Source of the DNA: Hamiltosporidium tvaerminnensis FI-OER-3-3
Lineage: Eukaryota; Fungi; Microsporidia
NCBI GenBank assembly: GCA_022605425.2
Contig: CM061252.1
Coordinates: 905,013-969,012, forward strand
Direction: 5' to 3'
DNA length: 64,000 bases
Position numbers and translations under genes: made by a program. Below, one piece after another: positions 13,340 to 27,170 of this stretch; positions within the stretch are counted from its first letter, which is position 1, and each line of letters opens with the position of its first letter. A model generated the notes under the pieces. It ran no database searches, was not told the DNA's origin, and was given only the letters and a program-made list of their open reading frames with translations.

Positions 13340-15310
13340 ATTTGAATATTTATGATTTCAGCATAGTAAAAGTACATATAAAAGTTTATATAAATTTAGC
13401 TACTGGTTTTTCGATGAATTAGAAATAAATCGAAGTATTAGAATAATGTAACCATATAATATTGACGAATAAAACGTTTTAACAGAAAAATCATTGAGGA
13501 AAAATATATGTATAAAATTTAGAATAAAAATTTTTTAAAATGTTTTAATAATCATATATTTGAAACTAAATCTACTAAAATGAAATTTATAAAAGGTACG
13601 CTTTTCAATTTTAGAAACAGGGAAACAAAAATTAGAGATATTCACATGCCCCTAAATATGTTTTAATTCTTTATGTTTTTCCTTTAGGTTTAAAGCAAAT
13701 AAAAGAATGATTTCGAAAACAATTAACTTCTAGTATATATTTTAAAAATTTCTATCCTTATATTTCTAATATCAAAATATTTTTTTATTGAAAAAATTGG
13801 AATGAAGAGGTAACTCAAGAAATACGAACAAAAAGGAGGAAAACGGGTTAATGGCTATATCAGTGAGTATGCAAGGTGTTTATTATGTTCTCTGCTTCTT
13901 AATGGATTGTCCATCAAAATGAAGTTGTTTTTACGAATTATTCGTAGTTATAGTCAAGATATAAAATAATTAGATTATATTGTGATGTTACTGGATATCT
14001 AGTAAAACATCGTAAAGTTGTATGTAACAAATGATTGGAACATTTACTTTGATCTTTGATTATATTACACCTCAAAGCAGTTTTATATAATATTGAATTT
14101 AATCAAAAGAGTTCTTTTTTTGATTTGGACAAAATTTCTCGTACCACTTACTCGGAGAAGACGAAAAATGCATGGCTAGGGGCGAGTAAGTAGTTAAATA
14201 CACATAGCTGTGTTTATTGGCTTATAATCAAAGCTAGGGTTTTATGAAAAGTATTCGGAAATTTTGAAGAATTTTGACATGTTATAAACAGTTAGCAAGA
14301 TCACATTTGCAATCTCGGCTAAAACCGAACCAATTTGGAATTTTTTGGGGGTGGTAGAACCAAAGCATGTGTCGTTGTTGAGATGTAAAACAAGGAAGTT
14401 TTGTGTGTCAAGTAATCGCATTCCGATGAAATATTTATTTTGAAGGTAAAATCGAAATACGTAATTCGAATATTTTTAACGAATTGAAATTAAAAATGAC
14501 AATCGAATATATTTTGAAGGCTAGAAGATTTTAATTGAAGAAAATTTCTTTGGAACCCCTTGGAATTGATTTCAGAAAAGGCTGAAATACTGGCTGGGTT
14601 TGTAATGAAGATGAATTAAAAGAATCTTTATGTTTTAAGAAAGTTAATAAAATATTTTAAAATTTGGCTTATATTATCTTTGAAATATCTGGATTCATAT
14701 AAAAAAAAATTGATTTCTAAATTAATCTTTACACTCCCTGGTTTATTTAATTATTATCTTTGTTATTCGTTCGTATCTAATTAAATATTTCCATCCGTTG
14801 CAATTGGTTAATTTATATTTCTTGGTTTAATATCCGAAGATTTCTTTTATTATATTTAACATTCTTAATTCCTTGGATTAAGCGCCTTAATATATCTCTT
14901 GATTCTTGAATTATTTTTGAAATTTTCTCACGAAAAATATTTTGTTTAGCAAAACAAAAGTCTTCCATTTCAACCAAAGAAATTCAATCGATCTTTATAA
15001 TACATGTTAGTATAGTTTTAATTCATTAATATATTCAATAAGGTTTGCTATATCTTAAAATAGATAATTCAAATTTCACTGCGGAATAAATAAATCGTAG
15101 AAATTACCCATTTATTCAAAAGACCGGAATTTTTCATAAGATCAGAGTCATTTATATATCATAACTATTGGTGTGCAGTTATAGAAAAAAAAATGAAAGC
15201 GATAGTTTAACTAAAAAAGTATTATGATTAATGCTAAACTATAATTATTGGTTTTTTATTGGGTATAAGTTTAAACAAAACAAAATTGTCTATGGATATA
15301 ATTTTCATAT
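13340..15310. pseudogene. Duplicated segment Y, copy A, containing a gene-like relic (~13660-14700)
   Basis: Colinear with 40530-42550 (AATATTTATGATTT.AGCATAGT, ATGCCCCT.AATATGTTTTAAT, TTGGAATGAAGAG; DYIVMLLDI vs DYMAMLLDI on +). Strand unresolved. Confidence 0.6.
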
Positions 15311-17250
15311 CGTAATTTACTCGAAGATTTGCGAATAGCTAAATCTGTATTTGAAGATAACTTTTGGTCTCGGAGTTTATGAAACAGGTGTGTCTGTTAT
15401 TTGTAAAATTATTTATAAATTCAACTAAGTGCTCGAATTTAATTTTTCCGTTAAATCCGATCGCATAAAATCTCATGAGTTTTTATACATTTCTCTTGAA
15501 TCCCATAGGAGCTAAAGATTAAATAATCTTATATACTCTTTTCATAATACTAATCAGCTTAGGTAGTGTAAAATGTATAAATTTGCTGCTATTTTTTTAA
15601 AAAATATATTTAGTATTGTGGAAAAGTTATTTTGCTCTGATTTAGGTTAAATCTCTATATAGTTCATTAGGTAATGGAAGTTCAATAATAAGATAGTGCT
15701 AAGTCACACTTAGAGGATACCAAAACTTAAAAAATCCAAGATTAATCATACCTATTAAAGTTTTGAATGTCTAATTGTGTTCTTTTTACATTTTAAGTGT
15801 ACAAATCATAATTTGATAATATTATATTGGAACCAACAAACTCAATCAAAAATTTTATTTAGTGAATTAGAATAGACGTCTACTTTCACAAAAATACTTT
15901 ATTTTTTAATTATTATAATATAATATTCGTTTATAAATACATTTTGAAATCAATGTATCATTGATTCTAGTATATTACTTTATTCAAATGAATTTCTGAA
16001 AAGTTTGAAAATTAATTCGTAGCTTTACATAGAAAAAATAAAAATATAAATTAAGCATATGTAAAAAACGAGTATTTAATTTAGTTTGAAATAAACAAAT
16101 TTATTTAAGATTTACCTATTTTTAAAATAAAATTAAAATATCAGGTAAAATATTAATAATTCAAATATTTTTTGTATTGTATGTACGACTTCATAAACAA
16201 GTTTAACACCGAAACTAAACAAAATTAAACTATTTTAAGAATTATTTGTAGAATTTTGTTTGAACAAAAGAATATGTTAAGAAAATTAAAATTTGCAGAT
16301 ATTTATGTAAAAACTTTTATTTGAATTTGGTTTTAATATATAAGTAGTATAATAGAAATCAAGTTTTCATTCAAGAGATTTTATGGTATTATGATCTTAT
16401 TTTAATCTAATTTTGTATATCTTTACTGTAGAATATATATTTCTAAAAAAAAGACTTAACATAATTAAAAACAATCAATATACTTATAATAAAAATAATT
16501 TATGTCAGTACAATAGGACTCATAGTAAAAAAACAAATAATTTCTTTGTACAGATATATTAAGGCGAACTAAATATTGAATCAATTTATATGGATTATAG
16601 TTATATGAATAAAAAATCAATGTCTGTATAGATCGGGAGAATATCACATCAATATTGACAATAGCAATAATATTACACAACTCCTAAATTTTCGTAAAAG
16701 TAGTATAAATGAAATTCAAATATCCTTTTCACTTGTATATCTTTCTTTCATATTATATTTGTATTTTTTTTGTGCTAAAGCAGCAATGCATACATAATAC
16801 CTGGCAGTTCGCTCAATTTTCGAGAAAGTATCCAATATGAGGTTATAGAGAAATCCAGAGTTACGCATAAATCCCGTATATGATTAATGTTTCACACAAT
16901 ATATTAAAGACTTTTAAAAACAATTTCACGAAATTTAATACAGTCATATTTAGATCGAACACAACGTATTATGACCAAGATAAAAAAATCTTATTTTTAG
17001 ATACCGAGTTAAGTTTTTAATTGTCCGGATGTTCGTAATAAGCATAAAAAAACAACCAATACCTTACACACAAAAACTTCCAATTATAGTTAATTTTATA
17101 AGTTTATTAAGCTTAACTCCTTAAAATCATACAAGAAGAGATAAAACTTTGTCATATACTTAAATATAACATAATGATTTTAAATAAGAAATTTGAAGAA
17201 CAATGAATTAAAAAAAATATAAATCTATCAAAACAAGATCAAATTAGACA
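15310..17250. repeat. Unit U copy 3
   Basis: Most similar to copy 6 in its left part; terminal block at 16800-17140. Confidence 0.85.
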
Positions 17251-20200
17251 TTTTTTGAAAATATATTCTTAAATATATTCTACTTTCAAAGGTTGGAATA
17301 AATATACTTGTTTTATAAATAGAAAAACTGCTTGTGCAGGTATCAAAGTAGAACGACAAATAAAAAACAGACGAATGCTCTAAAAAAATTAAAAAAAAGT
17401 AGATATGAATAAAATGAACAAGAAATGTGAAAATGTGTAGATAAAGATTTATCTAATTAAATAAATTCAAATGAACTAGTTATAACTAAAAATGCTAAAC
17501 TAGAAAAAAATTAATCTAAACAATTAAAAAACTACAATATTAAACGTAAAAAAGGAATGGAAGGTAAACTAAATTAAAATGTAATAAATTTTATCTTCAA
17601 AAGACGAATTTAATATTTATACAACTATAAATAACCTTAATTTAATACTATAACTAAATAATGGATAAATAGTAGTTTAGATCACAATAATAATCAAATA
17701 TATTATAAATTACTCGAATTATCGCTTGTTTATATAGAAATATTATTTTAAAACCTTTCACGTAAATTTAGAAAAATATAAGTGAACTAAATATTACAAG
17801 ACTACCCTGCATGTGATTATACTTAAAAATAGTATTTCGTATAAATACATTTGCTTTATTTAAATGTTATATTATTTGTTATCTAAAGAAAGGATTAGCT
17901 TTAATTACTATTTTTTCTTGTACATATTTTTAACAATGTCCTATGAGACGTATTTTTAAATACTTAGAGAAGAAAAAATTATTTAAATTTATCTTATACC
18001 AAATATTATGTTAAATTAACCTAGTTCAATTTTATTAAAATTTCTTTTATTTTTTTTCAACAACTATATTTATATTTTTCTATATAAATTAGAATATTTT
18101 AGACATTATATCAATTTCTTACAATGAAAATTCATTTCGAATCGAAAAATATAAATTTGATACGGATGCACAAACTGAAATACTACTAATTCAAAACTTT
18201 TATTTGAAACAAACTAAAATATTTTCACACATTTACTTTACCTTATAATATCGAATGATATCCGTACCCGTAGAAATTTGAATAAAAAGATTCACCTTCC
18301 AATTTCTTTAAAAAACTTATATTTAGATGTTTACAATACAGTATCCATAGATTTATAAGTAACTGAACATTCTTAGTTTTTTTTTGTGCTATAATTATTA
18401 GTAAAATCTTACATATGTCTCATTTTATCAACAAATTAAATCCGAAAAAAAATCCATTTCGATATGAATCTTTAAAATATAAACACTGTTCTAAATATAG
18501 ACATTCTATATATTCATGTATGATATATTTTTAATAAAGTTTAATTTTTTTTTTATTACATTTTTTAATTTCTACTATTTTGTATTATTTTAACAAATTT
18601 TGAAATTAAAAAGAAAACTTAATATATTTTGAACTTAAAAAATATGTATAACACATTTAAAATGATACATCAATTAATTTTATAGAATTAAATAAAATTG
18701 AGGGTCATTATAACGATTAAATGTATAATATATTTAAATTTATTGGATTTTGCTATACTTAGAATGAAAAATTATTAAAATAACTTAATCACAAATTAAA
18801 ATTAAATAAAATAAGAATATACCATACGAAAGTACCAATAGAAATCAAACATTGGATATATCAGCCTTCTTCATATCTTAAGATACGAAGAATAATTATA
18901 CCACTCGATTTTTGTAGTTTTATAAAATAAAAATTTAACCAAATTTGTAATTTTTAATTAAATATATAAGTATTCTGTTCTTTCAACACTTAAGATATAA
19001 TAAAGATTTTGAAATTATTTTTTTGAATAATATGATTAATTCCCTTTATTCTTTTTCATAAATTTTATCACTTAACAAATACTTATTTTACTAAAATATA
19101 CAAAAATGATAAATAAATATATTTAATTTTCAGTTTTCTTAACATAAAATTCAACTAAAAACAATAAAAAAATTAATAAGGGTTTGAAATATAAAATTTA
19201 ATTCATTATTTTATTTGAACATCATAATTGATAACTTATTTTATGAAAATCAGAAAAAATTCAACAAATTTAAATCAAAATACAAAAATAAATTATAAAA
19301 CAAAAAAAGCATTTAATAAATTGATAAATAAATCATTTTCTTTCCAGTATTTAATTTCAAATCTTAAATTGAATTATCACATTATGCTATCCAAATTTAA
19401 ATATTTCAAGAGAATATAGTTTCGGGACATATATCTATGTGGTAATCTCTTTTAAGATAAATTTTAGACAGTGTTATCACTTCTCTCAACTCTTTTTTCC
19501 ACTGATTCTTTTTCAAAACATTTGTATCTTTCAAGGCAGTCAGCTTATCAAGGTCTTTTACGTGTTGTTTTCATCTAAAACTATCAAAAAAACCACTCTA
19601 AAATTAAAGCAAACATAAAGACATCTGAATACAATTATTGCTTTGATTTCTATTTTTTAACTATCTCACAAAAATTGTTCATGTCATTTTTTTACAAAGA
19701 AAACAAAGTAATTTATCTTTAGTTTTTTCTTAGCTTTAGGTAGGTTCTTATGTGGGACAGTAATTATAAGATATATTAAGAAGAATAAAACAAAAAAAAT
19801 AATATATTTAAAAATACAAAGATGGAAAAAAGTAACATATAAGAAATTAAATTTTATTTTATTTATGAATTGAAAATATTAATTTAAATTCAACTCCACC
19901 AAAAAATATTTCGTACTTAGTTACAGTTGAAATATTATTAAAACGAAATTATAATTCAATAAAGTTTTAATTTTATTTTAATCATCTATATATTGAATGT
20001 AATATCGTTTAGTTTCCAAACTATATTACTCCATAACCAAAGTTTGGAAACTATACAGATTTTCATTTCAGAATAGAAATGATGAAACCTTTTATATTTT
20101 GTATAGAACTGACACAGTGTTGTAGTCCTGGGAAATACTACTTTGTTTCCCTTTTTAGAGAAAAAATCGGAATTTATTTTTATTTCTTTACATTCTTTTT

Positions 20201-21304
20201 TTGTGTTCTGTAAAATCTAAAAACACATATGGGTTTTTGGTATAGGAAAAACACATTTCCGATATTTAAAATTAAAAAATACTAAAACAAGTCATTTTTC
20301 TATTAATTAGTTAAAACATTCCGTATTTTGAGAATAAAAATATTTTACTTGCGATAATTTTAAAAAAGAAGTGTAGTTTCTTAATTTTGTATTTTAAAAT
20401 GATCTACAAGGTGAAGTAGTTACTCTTCTAGTTTCTAATCTATATAAACATCCTTATGAAAACTAGATCCACAGTAAAATGACCTTACAAAGTTAGAGAG
20501 AATCTTTTAAATTGAAGAAAGCTAAAAAAGAAACTTCGAAACTAAGTTTGACTAATAGGCTTTCCGCTTTTATTTCGACCTAACCTAGATATACGAAATT
20601 AGGTTAACTGTCTTTGTCTCTAGGCTACATACTTCTTTGTGACTCTCAAGGAAACTACTTCGCACTTTTCCTTAGTTACTTCGGACATTTTTATATTAAA
20701 ATTGGGAAAAAATACTTCAATTTTCCCGATCTTCCTCATACGTTTTTTTCACAGATTAGGCTAGCATTAAAATATTTTTTCTGAATTGTATAAAGTAAAT
20801 AATTCAATATTCCTTAACTTTCATAAATATATATTAAGAGTAAGTGTAAACCGATTCTTATCTCCTTTACATAAATAATATTTTATAACCTTTTTGGGTT
20901 TCCTACACTAAATTATGCAATAAACCAGTTCATTTTATTTCGTCGAACCCATTTACTATTTATCTATGAGCTTAAATAAATCTCCCTGATTTTCCATACT
21001 TCATTTGGATTTAATTTCAAGTTAGAAAAATTCATTTTACATTCCTTAACATATTTTTCAATGCTTATAAATTACTTTAAGTTTAGGAAAACACATTTTT
21101 TTAAAAAGAACACAACTCTAGTATAGATGCTATACCTCACGCATTAACCATAAAATAAAAGTAGTTGTTTTGTTTTTTAAATTGAAATAGGTCAAGATAA
21201 TTTAAATGACTAACGTATTGTGATAAAAAGTGAATAAAAGTTATTAAGATTTAAAAAGATTAACTGTAACTACAGGAAATTATATTATCTTTTTTTTATG
21301 ATAA

Positions 21305-23300
21305 ACATTCCCACCGAATCTTTTCCAATAGCCAATTCTGTCCAATATTTGGCCTTTTTGAGATTCTATTATGACAATTTAAATTAATGATCTTGATAGG
21401 GTTATTACCTACCAATATATTCTTAATAAATGAATTCATTTATTTAGGTAATTCTGACTTTAGTCAAGATCGGTTGAGTTCTTTCACACGCTCTTTGAAT
21501 CATAGTAGGAAACTATGAAAATAATTAGAAATATGTTTCTTTTAGAATATAAATCAACTCAAACGATGTAAGATAGAAAATTCATGTCTAAATATTCTAG
21601 TAATATATAAGTTAATCGTGTATTAATTCTATGGCTTCAACATCAAGATTTATATCTCAAGATAAAATATATCTCGGAACTTTCATAGGAAGATTGTCTT
21701 AAGTCACCTATAGAAGATGCTAAGGATTAAAAACGCGATCTATATTAGTTTTTGTAATTTTTAATAATCAAATGTCTTTCATTTTATATTTTAATTAGAC
21801 AAGTCATAAATTTGATATGATAATCTACAAATCAACAAAGATTATCTTAGGAATTTTACATTCATTATAATATATGAATAATTTCATATAACTAATATTC
21901 TTTTTTGGTCTTCATACATTAATATCGCAACTATAAATATATTTACATTTCAAATGTTACAAATATTTTGTAATTCATCTTTGTATAATTAGTTCTTCAT
22001 TTTTAGGAGATTTCTTCGAAGGTTTATATCTATTAAGAAAAATATAAAAGAAATATTCTAGAAAAATGAGTCAATTAATTTAAATTATACTTTATTACAT
22101 TTATCATTTATGTTTTTGATTTATTTTATCTTTATACCATAACAAAAATTTTACCTAATTTAGGTTTTCATTAAATTATTTTTTGTGGTAAACGTATTGC
22201 TTTGTAAACAAGTTAAATATCTAAGAAAACTAAAAAAATACATATAACCATACTATTTAAAAATTAGTAAGCCATTATCTATAAACTAGGTAGACGAATA
22301 AATAAAATTAAAATTGTATAATAAGTAATGTATAAACTGTTATTTAAATTAGTTTTAATATAGAAGTAGTATAATAAAAATATAGTTATCATTTCAAAAC
22401 ATTTTAATGTATTATATTTTTTATCTAAATTTCATTCTTTAGATCTTTTCAATGCAATAATGTATAGTCTAATAAAAATAATTTACAAAATCAAAATATT
22501 TAATACATTTATATTAATAACAACTAATCTGGTTCACACTGGCTATATATTATGAAACAAAATATTTATTTATATAGATGTATTGAGACAAATCAAATTT
22601 TTAAATTATTAATAGAATGTTTCGCATATGAATCAAAAATTAATGTCTGTATTATCTAAATAATATCATATCCATTTCAAAAAAAGCAATAATATATTTT
22701 TTCATATATATTCTCATTAAAGTATTATATATAAGATATAGATATACCTTAACACATTATCTTTCTTTATATTAGATTTAGTTAATTTATAAGTAACATA
22801 AACGATACTATATAATTAAACGCTATTAAAGATTACATCAATCAAGAAAAAGTAAATAGTATAAGGTTATATAGAAATCTATAGTTACGCATAAATCCCA
22901 TATAGAATTAATGTTTCAGAAAATATATTGAAGGCTTCTAAAAACAATTTCACAAAATTTAATACAGTCATATTTAGATCGAACACAACGTATTATGATC
23001 AAGATAAAAAAAATATTCGTTTTAGATAATGAGTTATGTTTTTAATTGTCCGAATGTTCGTAATAAGCATAAAAAAACAAAAAATACCTTACACACAAAA
23101 ACTTCCAATTATGGTTAATTTTATAAGTCTATTAGGCTTAACTCCTTAAAATCATATAAGAAGAGGTAAAATTTAATTATATATCAAAATATAACATAAT
23201 GATATAAAATAAGAAATTTTATGAAACCTGAATATAAAATAAATATAAATTTCTCAAAAAAAGATAAAATTATACATTAGTTCTCAAAAAGTAACTATAA
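21305..23300. repeat. Unit U copy 4
   Basis: Same anchors as the other copies; terminal block at 22850-23165, nearly identical to that of copy 3. Confidence 0.85.
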
Positions 23301-23599
23301 TCTCTAAATCAAAGATTAAATTAACCAGATTTGCTTTAGTTGAGGAAAAACTGTTTGCAAGAGTGTCGAGTTACATAGCAAATGAAAAAAAATGGTTGGT
23401 CGTAAAAATGATACCATACTAAAGTGATTGTTAAAATAATAACGTAGTAGAATAATAATTTAAGCAAATTCACACAAACAAAACAGGAAATAAAAAAATG
23501 GAAAAAAGCATATTAAAGAAGAAATATATTAGGAACCTAATAACAAACATTTAGACCACTAGAAAAATTAAAAATACTTCACGCTTTAGCTTTATTTAA

Positions 23600-26500
23600 A
23601 ACTCAAATTTCGTATTATTAAACAAATTAGACACGTTCCATGTTAGTAGAGCAAGATAACAACATAAAAAATAGTAATTTTCAGTCTTTCTTTCTGAGAA
23701 AACGAATCACGGCGTCAAAATCATCCTATTTTGTCTTCTTACATATTCCATGAATGCCTTAAAGCCACAATTAGTAATTCTCTTTACATCATAATAACGC
23801 ACGATGTTGATATATTTGAATATTCTTTTGTTATCTAGAAATCAAGCTTATTAAAAATCCTTCAACATTTTCTTAGGAATCACTTTAGTATTATTAAAAT
23901 AATATTGATATGTAGTTTTAATAGAACAATAATTTTGGTATTATTTTCCATTAATTCCTTAAGAATATTAATTTTTTTTCATTAATAAATTTAAAGCCAA
24001 GGGAAAGATTGTGACGCACTGATCTTTCTAAGTTGTTTCTATAGTAGTAGAGCATATGGAAAAATACTGGGTGTATTATAAAATATCCTCAAACAGTACT
24101 TCAAGACACATCTCAATTCTCTCCGTTGCTAGGAAAAACGTGTTATGAGCCGATAAAATTAAGAATTGATAATCTAATATAAGTCTAACATACCCAACAT
24201 AGCCTCTCAACCCGAGTTTAGAAGATTTTGCAGTCATTTTCGCCTTTTTTCTCAGAAGATATTTATTAATACAATTGCAGCTTTTAAAGCCTTTTTTCTT
24301 GGTTGTCTGACAGTAAAATTCGTATCAACGCCTTTTAAACAAAAGGGATATCTAAGATACTTGAAAAGGCATTGGTTTTCAACACTAATATTATTAATAA
24401 ATATTTTAATCATATTTCAGCAATTATAAGAGTAGTTCTTTTCTTTCAAAATATATGCATTATTAGATGAAGGGCTTTAAATGCATCTGATATTCTTCTT
24501 AATCCGTTCCAAACTACTACAATAAAGCAAAACATCTTCTAATTACCTAAATATATTATTCCTCAGATGAGAAGAGACATAGAAAATCAAATAATCAAAG
24601 ACAATATTGAACTAACTTAAGAATATCCCAGGTCTTTGCGGTAACTCTTTGCAAAAAGTAGTAAATTTTGTTTTCAGATTATACTCTATCAATAAATATA
24701 AATTATTCTAAAGTAATTCCGCAATCAATAGAGTATTATTCGCGGTAAACTCTTGATACAACATGAGCTTCTTATATAAGCGTTGCTATAGCCCGATTCA
24801 TAAGCTGATTTCTTATCGATCGTTACGAAAAATATCACTACTACTTTCTAAAATATGTTCTATCTGAAGGCTATTAGTAAAAGCTGAGTTATTCCGTGTG
24901 TAACTAGTTTTTTTCTTTTATAAAACGAACTCGAATTTTGTAAATATGCTCTTTTCAAACAATTTACAAGTTTTTTCATTAGTGCGAGATTCCTGTATAA
25001 TTTATTTCTCCTTTTTATTGCTGTAATTGTATTTAGTTTTCACGCCTTTGGTACTTCTCGCAAAAAAATAAAAGAATTAAAATAATTATTTAAATGAAAG
25101 AAATATATCTATGAACATGTTTATAAATGTGCATTTATTCTCTCTAAAATCACCCCAGACTTAATAGGCCGTAGTAGCTTTATTTCCTTTTTCAAATTCA
25201 ACATAAGATTATACTAACTAAACTATCCCCTTTATCTCTTTGATAATAATTAAGACTGTCATTAATTTTTTAACTGTATCTTTATATAGTGTCAACAGAA
25301 TACTGAAGTATTGTTACTCACTACTGAACCATAATCTTCGTATTTATTTACCAAAGCACGCGTTCTTTTTTTACTACATTGAAAAACCTTACTAAACCAA
25401 ATCGTTAACCGGATTTGAATTCTAATATTAGAATTGGCTTTATCTAAATAACTAATCTTCCTTTCATTTTTTCGATCAACTCTTAAATTTCTTTAAAATT
25501 AAAGTCAGTTATCGTTCTCACAGCTCGTTCAGTTTCTTTTTAAATTAGCTATGATAAGGTTGTGCAGTTTATGAGAAACTTGTCTTTTTATTTGCAAACT
25601 CTTCGAAGCTTCAATTTAATATTTGCAATAATTTAAGTTTTTCTTCATTCGGTAATTTATTCAACAGAAATTCATTTCTAGAAGTTAAAACTTAAATTTT
25701 ATTGCTTAAAAGTTTTTTTAGCGTCTCATCTTTTAATTAATTGATATTAAACATAGAATTTAATGTAAAATTAGCTCTATTCAAAAACACATTTATCAGT
25801 TTGTGATAAAAATTTTAATTTTATGAAGTTCCGGTCGTACCTTAAATTTTGAAAAGTACATATGCTAGGGTAGAACATTATTCTAGTGCTTAAAAAGTAA
25901 AAGAATATATTTTCATTTCATACGATCCGAACTCTACGTGCTTGTCGAGAACAAATTATTCGTATGCTACTGCATTATCCAGATTGTAGCCCCTTAGCTT
26001 AATATCTTCATATCAGCAAATTTTCTTATCTTAGCCTTTAGTAAATGTAATGCATTATTTAAACGTGACTTGTAAAGGAAAATTAGAATATATTTTTGTA
26101 CCTTGATACAAACACCGAATTTAGTCAAATCTTTAATTATACTATATTAAATTGATTTTTCCGATAACACCAACATTTCCTCGGAATTAGAAACCGTGTT
26201 TTATTATTTTTTTTTAGATGTCTTACAGATAATTACCATATAATCTGGATTTTAATTTTCTAACGTATATCGCCACTTTTCAGCCAATGCATCTGTGCCA
26301 AAATTTTTTACATCTAATAATTAAATTTTTTTTTTAATTTGTATATTAGAAATACGACCAATATTTTGAAAAGCAATTTTATTAATATTTTTTGACCCGA
26401 GATAATATTTCTGCTTCTTATATTAGCGTTTTCCAAAAACTCACAAGTTCTACCTTTGAAATTATATAATCTTACTTCAATTTTTTTAACTTTAAATTTC

Positions 26501-27170
26501 TAATTTGTTCAAAAATGTTTTCCATTATTCCTTTAAGTGTAGTCAAATAAGGTTTCTTCTATTATCTGATCCAGGACTCTCTCTTAATAGGTGCGCGGTT
26601 AGTAATAAAAAATATCAATACATCATTTTTAAATTTATTATTTATATTAGGCTCGAATGTTTTTATCTCAGAAAATCTTAATTTATCACATATTTTAATT
26701 TATTAATCAATGGATCTCAAAGATAGGCTATATATCAATTTTCTATTCCTTCTAATGCTCGTAAAGCATAAAAAAATATATTTATTGATTGGAAACAAAG
26801 ATTCCTAGATTAAACTTGTGCTATCGCACCCTCGTGTAACTATTTTCGGATATATCCGTACCAAATTCTTCTCATAGATTTTGAGGACTTTTATTATTTA
26901 TACAGCTTTTCCCACTGTCTTTTTAGTGATTTCTGGGTCTGTTACTTTTACTGGCTCTTCTTTTCTCTTAAGTAACACCTTGCAAATATTTTTCGCTTTT
27001 CTCTGCTAAATAATCTTCTACAATTGTTGCAATAAGATCGAAGATGATTTGGGTTTTTTCCCGTACTTTTATTGCTCATTCTAAAGAAGCTTATTATGTA
27101 CATAATAGTTTGGGTTTCATCAATTATCACCTTTCTAATTTTGGATAGGAAAACCTTTGATTCCATTCCA
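23600..27170 (-). pseudogene. Long decayed gene relic F with a forkhead/winged-helix-like segment near its 3' end
   Basis: Minus strand ~24195-23985 reads VRLILDYQFLILSA...LFEDIL*Y..SIFPY...T*K(D)SVRHNLSLGFKF across 2-3 frameshifts. This follows the forkhead consensus order KPPYSY.LI..AI / L.DIY.I...FPYY / W.NSIRHNLSL...F. SVRHNLSL is at 24022-23999. Whether the whole span is one gene is uncertain. Confidence 0.55.
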
